The notes: a model not told the origin generated them from the sequence alone. Positions 34,063 through 46,595 are shown, numbered from the stretch's first letter. The stretch is 64,000 nucleotides of DNA from Candidatus Altimarinota bacterium (GCA_043771825.1 JAYVGV010000034.1:9475-73474), one strand, 5' to 3'. Program-made: numbers and translations.

Positions 34063-36207
34063 CTATTCCTCCTCATCCTCTTCGAATTTCACTCCACGTT
34101 CAGCGCGGATTTTCTCAGTGATATTGTTCGGAACATGAGCATAGTGAGCGAATTCCATAGTGTAAGTCGCTCGTCACTGAGATGATGATCGGAGATCTGT
34201 CGAGTATCCGAACATTTCAGAGAGTGGGACATGAGCACGGATGATCTTCGCCATACCACGCTCCGTCATCTCGATGATCTGACCACGCTTCGAGTTTAGG
34301 TTTCCGAGGACATCACCCATATATTCTTCTGGAGTGTTGACTTCGACGAACATGATCGGTTCGAGAAGGACTGGACGAGCCTTGCGAGCTGCCTGACGGA
34401 ATGCCTTGATCGCAGCCATACGAAATGCGAGCTCATTCGAGTCGACATCATGGTATGATCCAAATGTGAGAGTTGCCTTCACATCGACGATCGGATACCC
34501 AGCGATGATACCACGAGTATAGGCAGCGATAAGACCTTTTTCCACTGCAGGGATGAATTCACGTGGGACGACTCATCCGACGATCTTGTTCACGAATACA
34601 GTCTCTGTCGAGAGTCCTTCTGGATCTGCGGCACGCATCTCTGGAGTGATCGGCTCGAATGTGATAGTGACATCACCGAATTGTCCACGTCCTCCTGATT
34701 GTTTCTTGTGGACTCCTCGTTCATCCGTGACAGTTTGATTGATCGTCTCACGGTAGGCTACCTGTGGAGCCCCGACATTCGCTTCTACCTTGAATTCGCG
34801 TTTCATACGATCGACGAGGATCTCGAGGTGGAGCTCTCCCATGCCTGCCATGATCGTCTGCCCTGTCTCAGGGTTCGATGATACACGAAATGAGGGATCT
34901 TCTTCAGCGAGCTTATTGAGTGCCATACCCATACGTTCTTGGTCAGCCTTCGTCTTTGGTTCTACAGAGATAGATATCACAGGTTCAGGGAATATCATAC
35001 GTTCGAGGACGATCGGGTGATTCTCATCGCAGAGGGTATCTCCCGTCTTCGTATCCTTGAGACCGATGACGGCACCGATATTTCCTGCAGGGATTTCTTC
35101 GATTTCTGTACGATTGTTCGCATGCATCTGGAGGAGACGTCCGATACGCTCTCGCTCTCCTGATACGGAATTGAGTACATATGATCCTGACTTCAGAGTA
35201 CCAGCATACACACGGACGAACGTGATACGTCCGACGAATGGATCGGTCATGATCTTGAACGCGATCGCACCGAGAGACTCAGTAGGGTCTTGCTTCAGAG
35301 TGATAGATATCTCAGCATCATCTGGATCTGTGCCCGTGATCGTACCGTCTTTCACATCGAGCGGTGAAGGGAGGAGATCGACGACTGCATCAAGGACGAG
35401 CTGGACTCACTTGTTCATGAGGGCAGATCCACACATGAGTGGGTAGACTGTATCCGAGATGACTCATTTGCGAAGACCTTGCTTGATCTCTGCTTCTGTG
35501 AGAGTCCCTGCCTCGAAGAACTTGTTCATGAGCTCATCATCTTGCTCAGCTGCTTTCTCGACGAGCTTCGCATGCCACTCTTCAGCAATAGCCTTCATAT
35601 CTTCAGGGATCTCGAATTCGACGACGACTTCACCCATTTTTCCATCGAACTTATACGCCTTCATGTTGATAAGGTTGATGATTCCAGAGAAGTCATTCTC
35701 TTGACCGATAGGAAGCTGAATCGGGATGACCTTGTTTCCTGCAAGACGCTTGATGATAGACTCATATGTCATCATGAAGTCACCTCCCGTCTTATCCATC
35801 TTATTTGCAAAAGCGATACGAGGTACTCCGTACTTATCTGCCTGTTTCCATACGGTCTCAGACTGAGGTTCTACTCCCTGTGAAGCATCGAATACCGCTA
35901 CCGCTCCATCGAGAACTCGCATAGAGCGCTCAACTTCGATCGTGAAGTCCACGTGTCCTGGAGTATCGATGAGATTGAGCTGGACTCATTTCCATGTAGT
36001 AGTAGTAGCTGCTGAAGTGATCGTGATACCACGTTCCTTCTCTTGCTCCATCCAGTCCATAGTCGCACCCCCATCGTGTACTTCACCGATTTTATGGTTG
36101 ATACCTGTATAAAAGAGGACGCGCTCGGAGGTAGTAGTTTTTCCTGCATCGATATGGGCACAGATACCGAAGTTTCGGATATTTTTGAGATCCTTAGAGA
36201 TAGCCAT
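34063..36207 (-). CDS. fusA: elongation factor G
   Basis: Four track fragments in one frame. [13 protein letters not shown][G][14 protein letters not shown] (TGA at 35986-35988) and domains II-V are recognisable. 714 aa. Confidence 0.95.
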
Positions 36208-36250
36208 AAAGTAGTAATTAGAAATTAGATTTTAGGAGGATAGGAGGATT

Positions 36251-36280
36251 CTGTCATTGCGAGCAAGTGAAGCAATCCAG
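36251..36280. repeat. short intergenic inverted-repeat element, copy 1
   Basis: ctgtcattgcgag-caagtgaa-gcaatccag, upstream of the fusA start. The same ends recur at 51563-51599. Confidence 0.6.
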
Positions 36281-36444
36281 TATTTCTGAAATGTAAAAAT
36301 TCTCCCAAATTCGCGAGAATAATATAGAAAAAGGGGCGAATGTCAAAAGGAGTTTTGGAGGAGGGAAAGTAAGAAGTTTTTGTTGACTTATGCCCCCCCG
36401 CAATATACTCAAAGAGTCTTATTATTTTTTTACTCTTTTGTTTT

Positions 36445-36879
36445 ATGGAACTTTGAAACCCTATAATCGCTACCATTACTGGAAAACCAGCATCCTATAC
36501 TCCATTTACTTGAGCTGTAGCATCTTTATTTTGACACAGTACATTATCACTTTATTCTGATAGAATCATCGGAAAATCAAAAAAAATTATTAGCGGAAAT
36601 GAGGTGATTATTAACCTTCAAAAGGTTGACTCAGTAGAGGTTGCCACAAAATGAAATGCACTATGGCTCATTCTTGGGATTTTTACTCTATGAATATTTG
36701 GATTAGGGATTATATTTCTTTTAGTATACTTTCTCGTAAGGGAAAGATTTCTTATTATGGTGAGTGGAAATAATGTTCAAGCAATTGCCATAAGATGAAA
36801 GGATGATCTTCCACAGTTTCAAGATTTTATGGAAAAAGTCATAGAAACACAGAAAACTCAATTGAAATAAAAAAATAAT
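36445..36879 (+). CDS. hypothetical small membrane protein (144 aa)
   Basis: ATG-initiated frame open under table 25. Central hydrophobic hairpin LWLILGIFTLGIFGLGIIFLLVYFLV. A terminator follows. Confidence 0.5.
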
Positions 36880-36902
36880 CCCAATTTTGGGATTATTTTT
36901 TT
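36875..36902. terminator. intrinsic terminator
   Basis: 10-bp stem aataatccca/tgggattatt followed by a T-run. Confidence 0.6.
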
Positions 36903-36982
36903 ATCCTCTCAAATATCTCCTCCTTCACTCCCTCACCGACTTCACCGATGATTCCCACATGCCGGTCGATCTCTGCTTCGAG
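36902..36982 (-). pseudogene. duplicated 3' fragment of sufD
   Basis: 81 nt align without gaps to 38280-38360, with 69 of 81 identical by hand. It encodes LEAEIDRHVGIIGEVGEGVKEEIFERI versus SufD LEAEIDRHVSIIGEVGEGVKEEILERI. There is no start codon or upstream gene body. Confidence 0.6.
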
Positions 36983-37023
36983 AAACAATATATATAACTT
37001 TCATTTACTCTATTGAGCAAAAG

Positions 37024-38178
37024 TTATAACTTTCATTCATCTCATCATGCTGTGAGATACTGACTAAAGTTCTCTCTCGAAATTATAGAAATCTCCCGTA
37101 TCGGTGCATTTGCTGAAAGAGTGAGCACTTTTTTCTCTGATTTCCACTTCATATCGTATCCTGTGATCTTCCCATCTTTCTCTACGATCAGATCGATCTC
37201 TTCCCCTGTATACGCTCGATAGAATGCGATATTTTCATGTGTATTATTCGTAAGGATGCTTTTGTATTTCTCCGCTATATAGAAATTTTCGAAAAGAGCT
37301 CACTTATCTGGACGGAGTTCGAGAGACTCGAAGTTATTGATCAGTGCATTTCTCACTCCTGTATCCCAGAAGTAGATTTTTCGCATTTTCTTGATACTTT
37401 TTCTCTTATTATCCGCATAGGGCGAGAGTCGAAATATGATAAACGCCTTCTCGAGTATATCGACATAGTTCTCGATAGTCTGTATGCTAATGCTAAAATC
37501 CTTGGCTATACTCGCATATGAGACCTCTTGTCCGATCTGATAGGCGAGGACCTTAAGGAGTTTCATGAGAGTATCGGATTTCTGTATACCAGAAAAGGTG
37601 AGTACATCCTTCAGTGTATAGTCACTCGCTATCCGGGCTATAGCATCACGAGGAGTTTCTCATGCTGATGGAGAGAGGGCTTCTGGGTACGATCCATAGA
37701 GGATACGCTCTTCGAGAGAGTATTTCTCGATCATCTGAGCCCCAAAGTGCAAGGAGAGCTCACTATAGAGAAATGGAAAAAGCATAAAGTCTCTATGTCT
37801 CCCCGTAAGTGGCTCGATGACACGACTCTGGAGGTCGAAGCTCGAAGATCCTGTAGCGATGATCTGGATATTCGGATAGGCATCATGGAGGATCTTCAGT
37901 GCACGGCCGATATTTTCCACGATTTGCGCTTCATCGAATATGATGAAGTCGGCGTCTCCGAGCATCATCATGATGCGAGGGAGATCACAGGAAGCGAGAA
38001 TTTCGCGTACTTGGGATTGTTCGCACTGGAAGTAGCGTCACTTCGGGTATTTCTCGAGAAATGATCGAACAAAAGTCGTCTTTCCTACTTGTCGTGGTCC
38101 GTAGAGGATGAGGATTTTCCCACTTCAAAATGCAGACTCAAATGCAGAAGTAATCGATCGGTGAATATAGGATTTCAT
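37024..38178 (-). CDS. AAA ATPase with DUF4143 domain (AAA_14 family)
   Basis: ILILYGPRQVGKTT Walker A and IIFDEAQ Walker B. The C-terminal region (YQIGQEVSYASIAKDFSISIQTIENYVDILEKAFII) is typical of DUF4143. 384 aa. Confidence 0.82.
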
Positions 38179-38267
38179 ATGAGTGTAGTAAGGTGTTTCT
38201 ATTTTACTTTTTCTTGAGAAAAACACAACTTTATTTCACTTTTTCACAAGAAAAACTAAAGTGTATC

Positions 38268-38888
38268 TTAGTTTTTCACTATCCTCTCCAGTATTTCCTC
38301 CTTCACTCCCTCGCCCACTTCACCGATGATGCTCACGTGTCGATCGATCTCAGCTTCGAGGAGCATCCCTTCAGCCGTAGAGACATCGATCCCGTGGGAT
38401 TGGAGATAAAAAAGTGAGTCACCTGATATTCGGTGTATCCGACAGGAGTGTCCACCTTCGATAGAGTCCGTCGCGACTTCGAGCACGGGTCGACCCTTCA
38501 CTCGGGCATTCGTCCCGAGAAGGATATTGGTCTGATCGATACGGAGCTTCACACGCTTGCATCACATAGCTACCTTCCCGACACCATCGAGTTCGATCGT
38601 AGAGCGATCCGTAGCAAGTCAGAGGATCTGGAGTGAAGCATCCGTATCAGAACCTTCGATAAAAACGGACATTTCAAGAACCATATTTGCTCATGTTGCG
38701 ATACCAGCTCCTTGAAAGACAGCTCACTCTTCGATGATAAATCTCCGCTCATACTTTCCATCTCGACTGGGAAAAATGAGATACTTCAGACACTCTCACT
38801 TCCTGATTCGTATCTCATGAAACGCTTCTTCACCTCGATCAAGAATCGGGTCGTTCTCTATGAAAATTTTAGGATTATTATACGTCAT
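38268..38888 (-). CDS. sufD: short SufD-like Fe-S assembly protein
   Basis: C-terminal SufBD beta-helix motifs (NILLGTNARVKGRPVLEV..DSIEGGHSCRIHRISGDSLFYLQSHGI). 206 aa, frame verified line by line. Confidence 0.72.
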
Positions 38889-39068
38889 ATGCCGAAGTAT
38901 AGAGAGAGTGCATAAAATAACAAATAGAATTGTTTGGAAATTCGAGAGAAATTTGATATGATAAGAGAAGTGCATAGTGCGTAGTATAAGCGCGGACAAT
39001 TGTGTCATAATGTAAAAGAATTCTGCCGTATGCACTCTATCTCTGCGCTTTTATCAAATTTATAAACC

Positions 39069-41489
39069 TTGCCCACTAAAAATCACATCATCACCTACGA
39101 AGTCTCTGTCGATCGAGCCAATGAAAAAGGCGTTTTTGTGGCTCGTGAGATGCTCTCAACATTGCATCATGCCGTCGAACATATACGACCTTGGTACAAG
39201 TTTTGGGTCCCGAAGACTATACCCGTTTTTCGATTCGAGATCATCGCATCACTCGGGCAGATTCGGTTCTTTCTATCGACACATGCGGAGTATGCATCAT
39301 TCCTGACGGGGCAGATCTACGCACACTATAGCGATATAGAACTCCATGAGTGCATTCCTCTCCTCCCAAGAGATACATCATACCGATGTCGAGATATCGG
39401 ACTTGCCCATCACTCTCTCGATACGATCAAGCTTTATGTGAACCTCAAAGATCGCACAGAAAAAGATTCTGTCGACCCTCTTTCTGGACTGACTAGCGCA
39501 CTCTCGAAGATACCGAAAGAAGAGACCTGATGATTCATCTTCGACTTCTCGCCCATACATGATCACATATGGCGATGAGAGGAGAAACATGGAATATGGA
39601 AAAGTCATATGATTCCTGACTTCATGAGACTCTATGTGCTTCACTTTTGGTCATGGATTGGCTGGCTATTTTTACCGATTTCTCTTTCTCTGAAGCTTGT
39701 ATCTTTCCTTGTGCCGAAAGGGGAAAGTACAGGAGAAGTCCACGCATATGAAAAAAAAGAAGGAAAAGAAAAAATAGAAACAAAACTCGAATGATATGGA
39801 TACAGTGTGAAAATGCGCGTGATAAAAAATGCTCGCGATACTATCTCTGATGATCTCATCCTCAAAGAACTCGCAGGAAGTATGCATATTTTCGCGAATC
39901 CAAACGGCAATCACTTCATCATGAAGAAATCTCACCTCATCCACGCTCTCCCTCTTCCTCGAAGTCTCCCGAAGTCTGCTATGATCCTCTCTGTCACAGA
40001 GCTCGCAGGGATCATCCACCTTCCGACTCTCTATGTGAAGACTCCCGGGATACACTGGGTGACGACACGCAAATTCGAACCCCCACATGACCTCCCAGAT
40101 ATAGAGAGTCCGAATACTCCTATCGGAATGGCGAACTATAGATGACAACTAGAAGGATTCTGAATCAAGCCCATCGATCGAGCACGTCATATCTATATCA
40201 TAGGAAAGACCGGTATGGGAAAGTCGACTCTCCTCGAAAATATGATATATAGTGATATACTCAATGGTCGGTGAGTCGCTGTGATCGACCCTCATGGTGA
40301 CCTCGTCGAGACGATACTACGAAATATCCCAAAATCTCGAACGAATGATATCGTCCTTTTTGATCCTGCAGATCAAGAGTATCCTATAGGATTTAATATG
40401 CTCGATAATCCTCACCCCGAGCTTCGTCCGATCGTAGCAGGAGGACTCGTATCGATATTTAAGAAGATGTTCGCCGAGAGCTGGTGACCACGTCTCGAAT
40501 ATATACTCCGCAACACTATACTCACACTCCTTCTTATCCCTGAGACGACACTTATATCTATACCGCTTATGCTTACGCATGAAGCCTATAGACGCAAAGT
40601 CGTATCAAAGATCGATGATCCTATCCTTATCCAGTTCTGGAACGAAGAATTTGCGAAGATGACTCCAAGCATGCAGAGTGAAGCGATAAACCCGATCCTC
40701 AATAAAGTCGGGCAATTTCTCTCTTCACCCATCCTTCGCAATATTCTTGGCCAACCAAAAAATCCATTTACCCTCAGGTGGATCATGGACAATAGTAAGA
40801 TATTCCTCGTGAATCTCTCGAAATGAAGAATCGGAGAAGATGCCAGTGCTCTCCTCGGTGCAATGATGGTGACGAAGTTCCAGATCGAAGCGATGACTCG
40901 TGCAGATATACCAGAAGCTGATCGTGTAGATTTCGGACTCTACGTGGATGAGTTCCAGAATTTCGCGACGGACTCTTTCGCGACGATACTATCGGAAGCG
41001 AGAAAATATAAACTCTCTCTTACTATGGCGAATCAGTATATTGCCCAGATGGCTGAGGCTGTGCAGTGAGCAGTATTCGGGAATGTCGGATCACTCGTAT
41101 CATTCCAGGTCGGCTACCATGACGCGCTCATACTCGCAGAGGTATGCGGAGGAGAAGATGTCATCACTCCTCAGGATCTCATGAACCTCAGAAAGTACGA
41201 TATATATACGAAGCTCCTCATCGATGGTATGCCTTCCCCTGTATTCTCAGCGACTACATATGCTCCACTCCATGAGCGTATGGAAGTATCTCCTCAGCAG
41301 ACTCGAGATGTCCTTCTGAAGGTATCTCGAGAGAAATATACCAAGAAAAAAGAATTTGTAGAAAAGAAGATATTCGAGAATATCAATAAAATCCGTGAAG
41401 AAGAAAAGAAATTCCGAGAAGAGAAAGAAGCCTATAAAGAAAAGAAGATGGAAGAAAAGAAGCAGAAGAGAGAAGGCGAAGAGAGGTAG
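39069..41489 (+). CDS. T4SS coupling-protein-like ATPase, paralog 1 (VirD4/TraD-type)
   Basis: Seven track ORFs in one frame join through TGA. HIYIIGKTGMGKSTLLENM, VIDPHGDL, FGLYVDEFQNF and EARKYKLSLTMANQY motifs. TM hairpin mid-protein. TTG start assumed. 806 aa. Confidence 0.78.
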
Positions 41490-41501
41490 GCAGCTATAAT
41501 T

Positions 41502-41978
41502 TTAATCATATCATTCATCACATCTTGAACATCACATCTTCTCTAAAACATTTTCTGTTCTTTGAGGAGTAGTTCTCAAAATCACCTGAACTATTTGTTC
41601 ACCCCTTCTACTACACACAATCTCTTCGCCTATTTGAGCTATAGTTCCTGAACATGTAGAGCAGGATGCATAGTCCATTCGTGTATCTCTTTCAAAATAA
41701 ACAGGTTTTCAGGGTGGAAATTCAGCAATTCATGGTGGTTGTTTTTCAGAAGTTACGAGACGGCTGAATGTGTTTCAATGTCATGTAGTACTACCGTAGC
41801 CCAAAAATGGCCTTACACTATGAGGTGTTCTTCACAGAAGGGTATGTTCAAAGGATCAATCTGGTTTTAGGAATGTAGTGATTGAAATAGCCTCCATGGA
41901 GGTATGTGTATTTATAGAATCCGCAGTTTGAGTAACCCCAGCTAGAAGATCTGCAGTTTGAGTATCCAGGCGTTTCAT
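41502..41978 (-). CDS. hypothetical Cys-rich (zinc-ribbon-like) protein
   Basis: 158-aa ORF seen only with TGA=Gly. ...DYASCSTCSGTIAQIGEEIVCSRRGEQIV...GCSRCDEGYD. It overlaps and replaces track ORF 41848-42072, which is in another frame. Confidence 0.35.
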
Positions 41979-42169
41979 ACGAATAAATATTATATAAGAA
42001 TTTCCTAAGATTACTTTTCAATCTAGGAAATTGAAGACAGGTGTATAATAGGCTAATCATATGTTTTGTCAAATTTATTCTTTTAGGTCTATTGCATATT
42101 ATAGTATTCTTTCCTTGCGAATGATAATTTTCTCGCTATAATCATTTTCATATTTCTAAATTCCTTCCT

Positions 42170-43132
42170 ATGCGCCGTATCCTTCTTATTATCACTCTCG
42201 TATTTGGATGTTTCCTTTCAGTTCAAGGTATATTTGCAGTAAATGATGTCAATATCCGAGATACTTCCCAAGTGACGATCAGTGGAAATGCAGAGAATGA
42301 TAAACTTGGGAGTTTCATAGGTCCAATAGTGAACTTCTTCTACTCGCCAGTAGCGAGTGGCGATGCGACGATACCCAATATTTTTCTCAATATTACCGGA
42401 GCGATCAAAAACTTCTTCATCACGATTGCTGCTATATTCCTTATCATTGGAGTACTGAAGCTTCTCTTCTCTGGAGGGGACGAAGAGGCACAAAAAAAAT
42501 GGAAAAACAACATCATATGGGTTTCTGTCTGAGTTTTTGTGATGCAAATATCCTACTCTGTATGGAGCACGCTCTATCTCAAAAGTGGAACGAATTCATT
42601 CGATATTGATGGTCGTCTCGCATGGACATTCTGGATCAATATATTCGAACCAATAGTCAATATTATGCTCCTTTTGGCTTCTTTTGGCTTCATCGCTATG
42701 GCAGTATACTCTTTCTATACGATCATCACAGGAGGGGGGGATGAAGAAAAGCTCAAAAAGTGAAAAAATATCATCATTTATGCAGCAATCGGATTCATCC
42801 TCATCCGTATACCGGAAGTCCTCATCACTGCTCTCTATGGAGAACCATCAGCTGCTTGTAAAAATAATATCTGGATCGGTACATGTGAGATCGGTGCAAA
42901 AAACCTCGGCAATGGAATAAATATTTTCGGAAAAATACTCGCATATGTCAATGGTTTCCTCGCACTCTTTGCTGTAATAATGGTCATCTATGCAGGATGG
43001 CTGATATTTATCTCTGGGGGGGATGAGGAAAAGCTCAAAAAAGCAAAAAAAACTATGCTTTTTATCGCTCTTGGTATCATCCTTCTTGTAGGAAGTCAGG
43101 CAATATTTCGATTCTTCTTTCTTCAAGGATAA
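42170..43132 (+). CDS. T4SS pilin-like protein with three tandem pilin modules
   Basis: Signal-like N-terminus, then three repeats of hydrophobic helix, SGGDEE(A/K)(Q/L)KK(W/G/A)K, hydrophobic helix. 320 aa. Confidence 0.75.
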
Positions 43133-43182
43133 AAAAAGTCCAAGTTTTTGCATTTTTCTGGCGTTTTTAGTATAATAGTTGC

Positions 43183-45612
43183 ATGAGTATGTCGGAAGTC
43201 ATTTTTATTATTATTACTGTCACAAGTATTGTCAGTATATTTTATATCGTGACTCGCCGCAAGATTGCATTAAAGCGTTCGCTCGATATGACATTTCTTC
43301 GGGTGATCATCGGCCGCAAAGATAGCGATAAAGATGAGAAAAGCGATACTGTAAAAGATTTTCGAGAGCAGATATCGATCATGGAGCAGCTCCTTGCAAG
43401 CATGAAGTCACTCTACTCGAGTACTGCTATGGGCTGGCTCTTCGGGCAAGAGTATCTCTCACTTGAGTACGTGGCGCACCATCAGGAGATTTATTTTTAC
43501 CTCGTAGTACCCAAGAGAGCCAAACTCCTCGTAGAAAAACAAGTTCTCGGATTTTATCCAGACTCTTTCATCGAAGAAACCGATGAGATCAATATATTTG
43601 AATGACGAAATATCGTACGTGGTGAGATCATGAAGCTGAAGAAGTCATACCAATTCCCTATACGTACCTACCAAAAGCTCGAGACGGATCCGATGAATGG
43701 TATCCTCTCAGCACTCTGAAAACTCACAGAAGAAGAGTCATGAGTCGTACAGATCCTTCTGCGTCCTGTCGATGATGATTGGCAAGAGAGAATCCGCAAG
43801 CGAATACGAAAAAGTGAAAAAAAGTGAGGATACCATATTTCTTGGAATCCTCTCGAATGGATCGGTGGACTCCTCGATATTTTGACCCATGATCCCAGTG
43901 ATTCAAAGCAAGCTCCAGAGAGCGATAATACAGACGATGAGCCGCTCGACGAAGAAGGACTCATGAAAGAAAAAGTGAAAAAAACAGGATATGCCGTCGT
44001 CGTACGCATACTCACAACTGGTAACAATGAAGAGCATGTCTATGCTGAGCTCCAAAATATTATTTCTTCTTTTTCTCAGTTCACTTCTCCGACCTATAAT
44101 CGCTTCAAGCCTGTAAAGCGGAAATCTCTCTCGCTTCTGATCAACCACTATATATTTCGCCAATTTGCTTGGTGGCAGCATGCAGGTATCATGAACAGCG
44201 AAGAGCTCGCGACACTCTTTCATTTTCCGCATAATAAATACAACAAACAACCCGAAATCCGCTGGCAGAGATTCAAGCTCATCAAGGCACCAACCAATAT
44301 CCCAAAAGAAGGACTCTATATCGGAGATAATCTATTTCGTGGAGAGAGAAAGCCGATTTTCATAAAAAATGAGGATCGATTTCGTCACTTCTACGTCATA
44401 GGACAGACAGGTACAGGAAAGTCCTCAATCCTCTCGACGATGGCTCGTCAAGATGTGCGAAATGGTCGATGACTCGCTATGCTCGATCCCCATGGAGACC
44501 TCGCGAAGGAACTCGTAGGCTATATCCCGCGTGAACGTGCGGATGATCTCGTCTATTTTGATCCGGGAGATCTCGCACGTCCTATGGGACTCAATATGCT
44601 CGAAGCCTCCAATGAAGATGAAAAACAGATGGTCGTCGCTGACTCGACGAATATCATGATCAAGCTTTTTGGAAGTGAGATATTTGGTCCCCGTATCCAA
44701 GACTACTTCCGCAATGGATGCCTGACTCTTATGGACTATCCTCAATGAGGAGCGATCACAGATCTGATCCGACTTTTTACTGATGAGAACTTTCAGAGAG
44801 AACGTCGTACGACTCTCAAAAATGCGGTCGTCCGAGCTTGGTGGGATTATACGTATGCGAAGATGTGAGATCGAGAAAAGGGGGAGATCATCCCGTATTT
44901 TGCTGCAAAATTCGGACAATTTATCACGAACACGATGATGCGTAATATCGTCGGTCAGACCAAGTCTGCATTCGATATCGGGGAGATCATGAACCATGAA
45001 AAGCTCCTCCTCGTCTCGCTTTCAAAGGGGATCATCGGTGATCTGAATTCGACACTTCTTGGTTTGATCTTAGTTTCTAAAATCCAAATAGCGGCACTCA
45101 GAAGACAAAGTATGGCAAAAGAGGATCGCAAAGACTTTTTTCTCTATATCGACGAATTCCAAAACTATGTCACAGACTCCATCGAATCGATCCTCTCGGA
45201 AGCTCGGAAGTATCGACTCGGCCTTATCATAGCCCACCAGTACCTCGGACAACTCGAAAAATCTGACGCCCTCACCAAATCGAATCTCAATCTCAAATGA
45301 GCAATATTCGGTAATGTCGGAACGGTCATGAGCTATAAGCTCGGTGCTGAAGATGCAGAGTTCATGGCGAAGCAATTTGCCCCCGCATATTCGGATCAAG
45401 ACTTCGTCAATATGGATAAGTTCAAAGCCGCCCTGAAGCTATCCGTCGATAGCCAGCCGACACCAGGATTCTCTCTTGCACCACCCAATCCATTCGCTGA
45501 AATGCCCGATGAAAAAATCGGTGCCGCCCTCAAAGAACTCTCTCGACTCAAATACGGAAGAGAACGTGAATTCGTCGAAAAAGAAATCATATATCGTATC
45601 GGTGCTGTATAA
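43183..45612 (+). CDS. T4SS coupling-protein-like ATPase, paralog 2
   Basis: N-terminal TM helix. HFYVIGQTGTGKSSIL, MLDPHGDL, FFLYIDEFQNY and EARKYRLGLIIAHQY motifs. Five track ORFs in one frame. 809 aa. Confidence 0.78.
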
Positions 45613-45616
45613 TCCT

Positions 45617-46582
45617 ATGAAAAAACCTCTTCTTTGCATCTCACTCATAATCTATAGTCTCCTTTTTTCTCTAGAAGAAGGCTATAGTGCATGAAAAAAA
45701 ACTATATGTGATCCCAAGCTCATGTCATGCTATGAAGAGCAGGTAAAGAATTGTACAGGACCGACTTCACCATGGGGAAACTGAGCAGATCTGTGAGCTA
45801 TCACTATCAAATACGAGGAATTTAAATCTGAAAAAATCGATGACTTTATCGCTAAGATCCCCCAGACACAGACTGGTCCAGATGAAAAAGAGAGTATGCA
45901 AAAAAAGGTCGATGCTCTAAAAAGTCGACAGTTTCTCTGATTTCGTGCTACTGAAGCTGCTCGTCTTCTCTATAGAAGTAATATGAATCAGATATTCTCT
46001 TGTGCCATCATAGCGAGTCGATGGAGCAAGCTCGAAAAGCTCGATACAATAGTCAAAAAAAATGGCAAAGCAAGCGATATCCTCCAAAAGCTCGATAAAG
46101 AAAAGAAAAGATATGAATCCCTCATGCGAAATAAAAACTGTTTCCAAAATAATAGCGATAAAGCTGATGATAAAGTCGTCGATCGTCTTTCTTTCAGTGC
46201 GGCCGGAGAATACTGTAGATACACCTACTATCTCGACTATATAAGCGCAAACATCACGAGTGATTTCTCGGCTGCAGTGGAAATAGATAGAAAGATCGGT
46301 GGAAATACTGGAACTACAGAAATCGGTACTACTATCGCTGCAAGCACAAGTATGGGTCAATGGATGACCACACTCGAATCAGAAAGATCTCGGGCCAATA
46401 GTACTATTCCAAAAGCAGTAGTAGCATTCCAGGAGATGGATCGCACCTATATCACCCATCTTCTTCTCATCATCATCTATGATGATTATCTGAAACTCAG
46501 AGACCGCCTTAATACCTACATGAGTATCGTCTCTCAAACCTTCGAAAAAGCCTATAATGCGCAAGATGCAAATAAACGATAA
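45617..46582 (+). CDS. hypothetical secreted protein or lipoprotein (321 aa)
   Basis: Starts 4 nt after the ATPase stop. Signal-like MKKPLLCISLIIYSLLFS. The frame joins track ORF 45983-46582 through TGA. Confidence 0.55.
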
Positions 46583-46595
46583 GCTTCGGATAATC

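Noticed and set aside
41848-42072. Track ORF with a GYSNC repeat (74 aa).
   Set aside because: A different frame on the same strand gives a twice-longer table-25 ORF with zinc-ribbon-like Cys pairs. Only one of the two can be real, and neither is proven.
39069-46582. Calling the T4SS-like module an intact integrative conjugative element.
   Set aside because: No integrase, relaxase, oriT-like repeat or att duplication is visible in the window. Only the position beside a tRNA cluster and inside the split suf operon hints at mobility.
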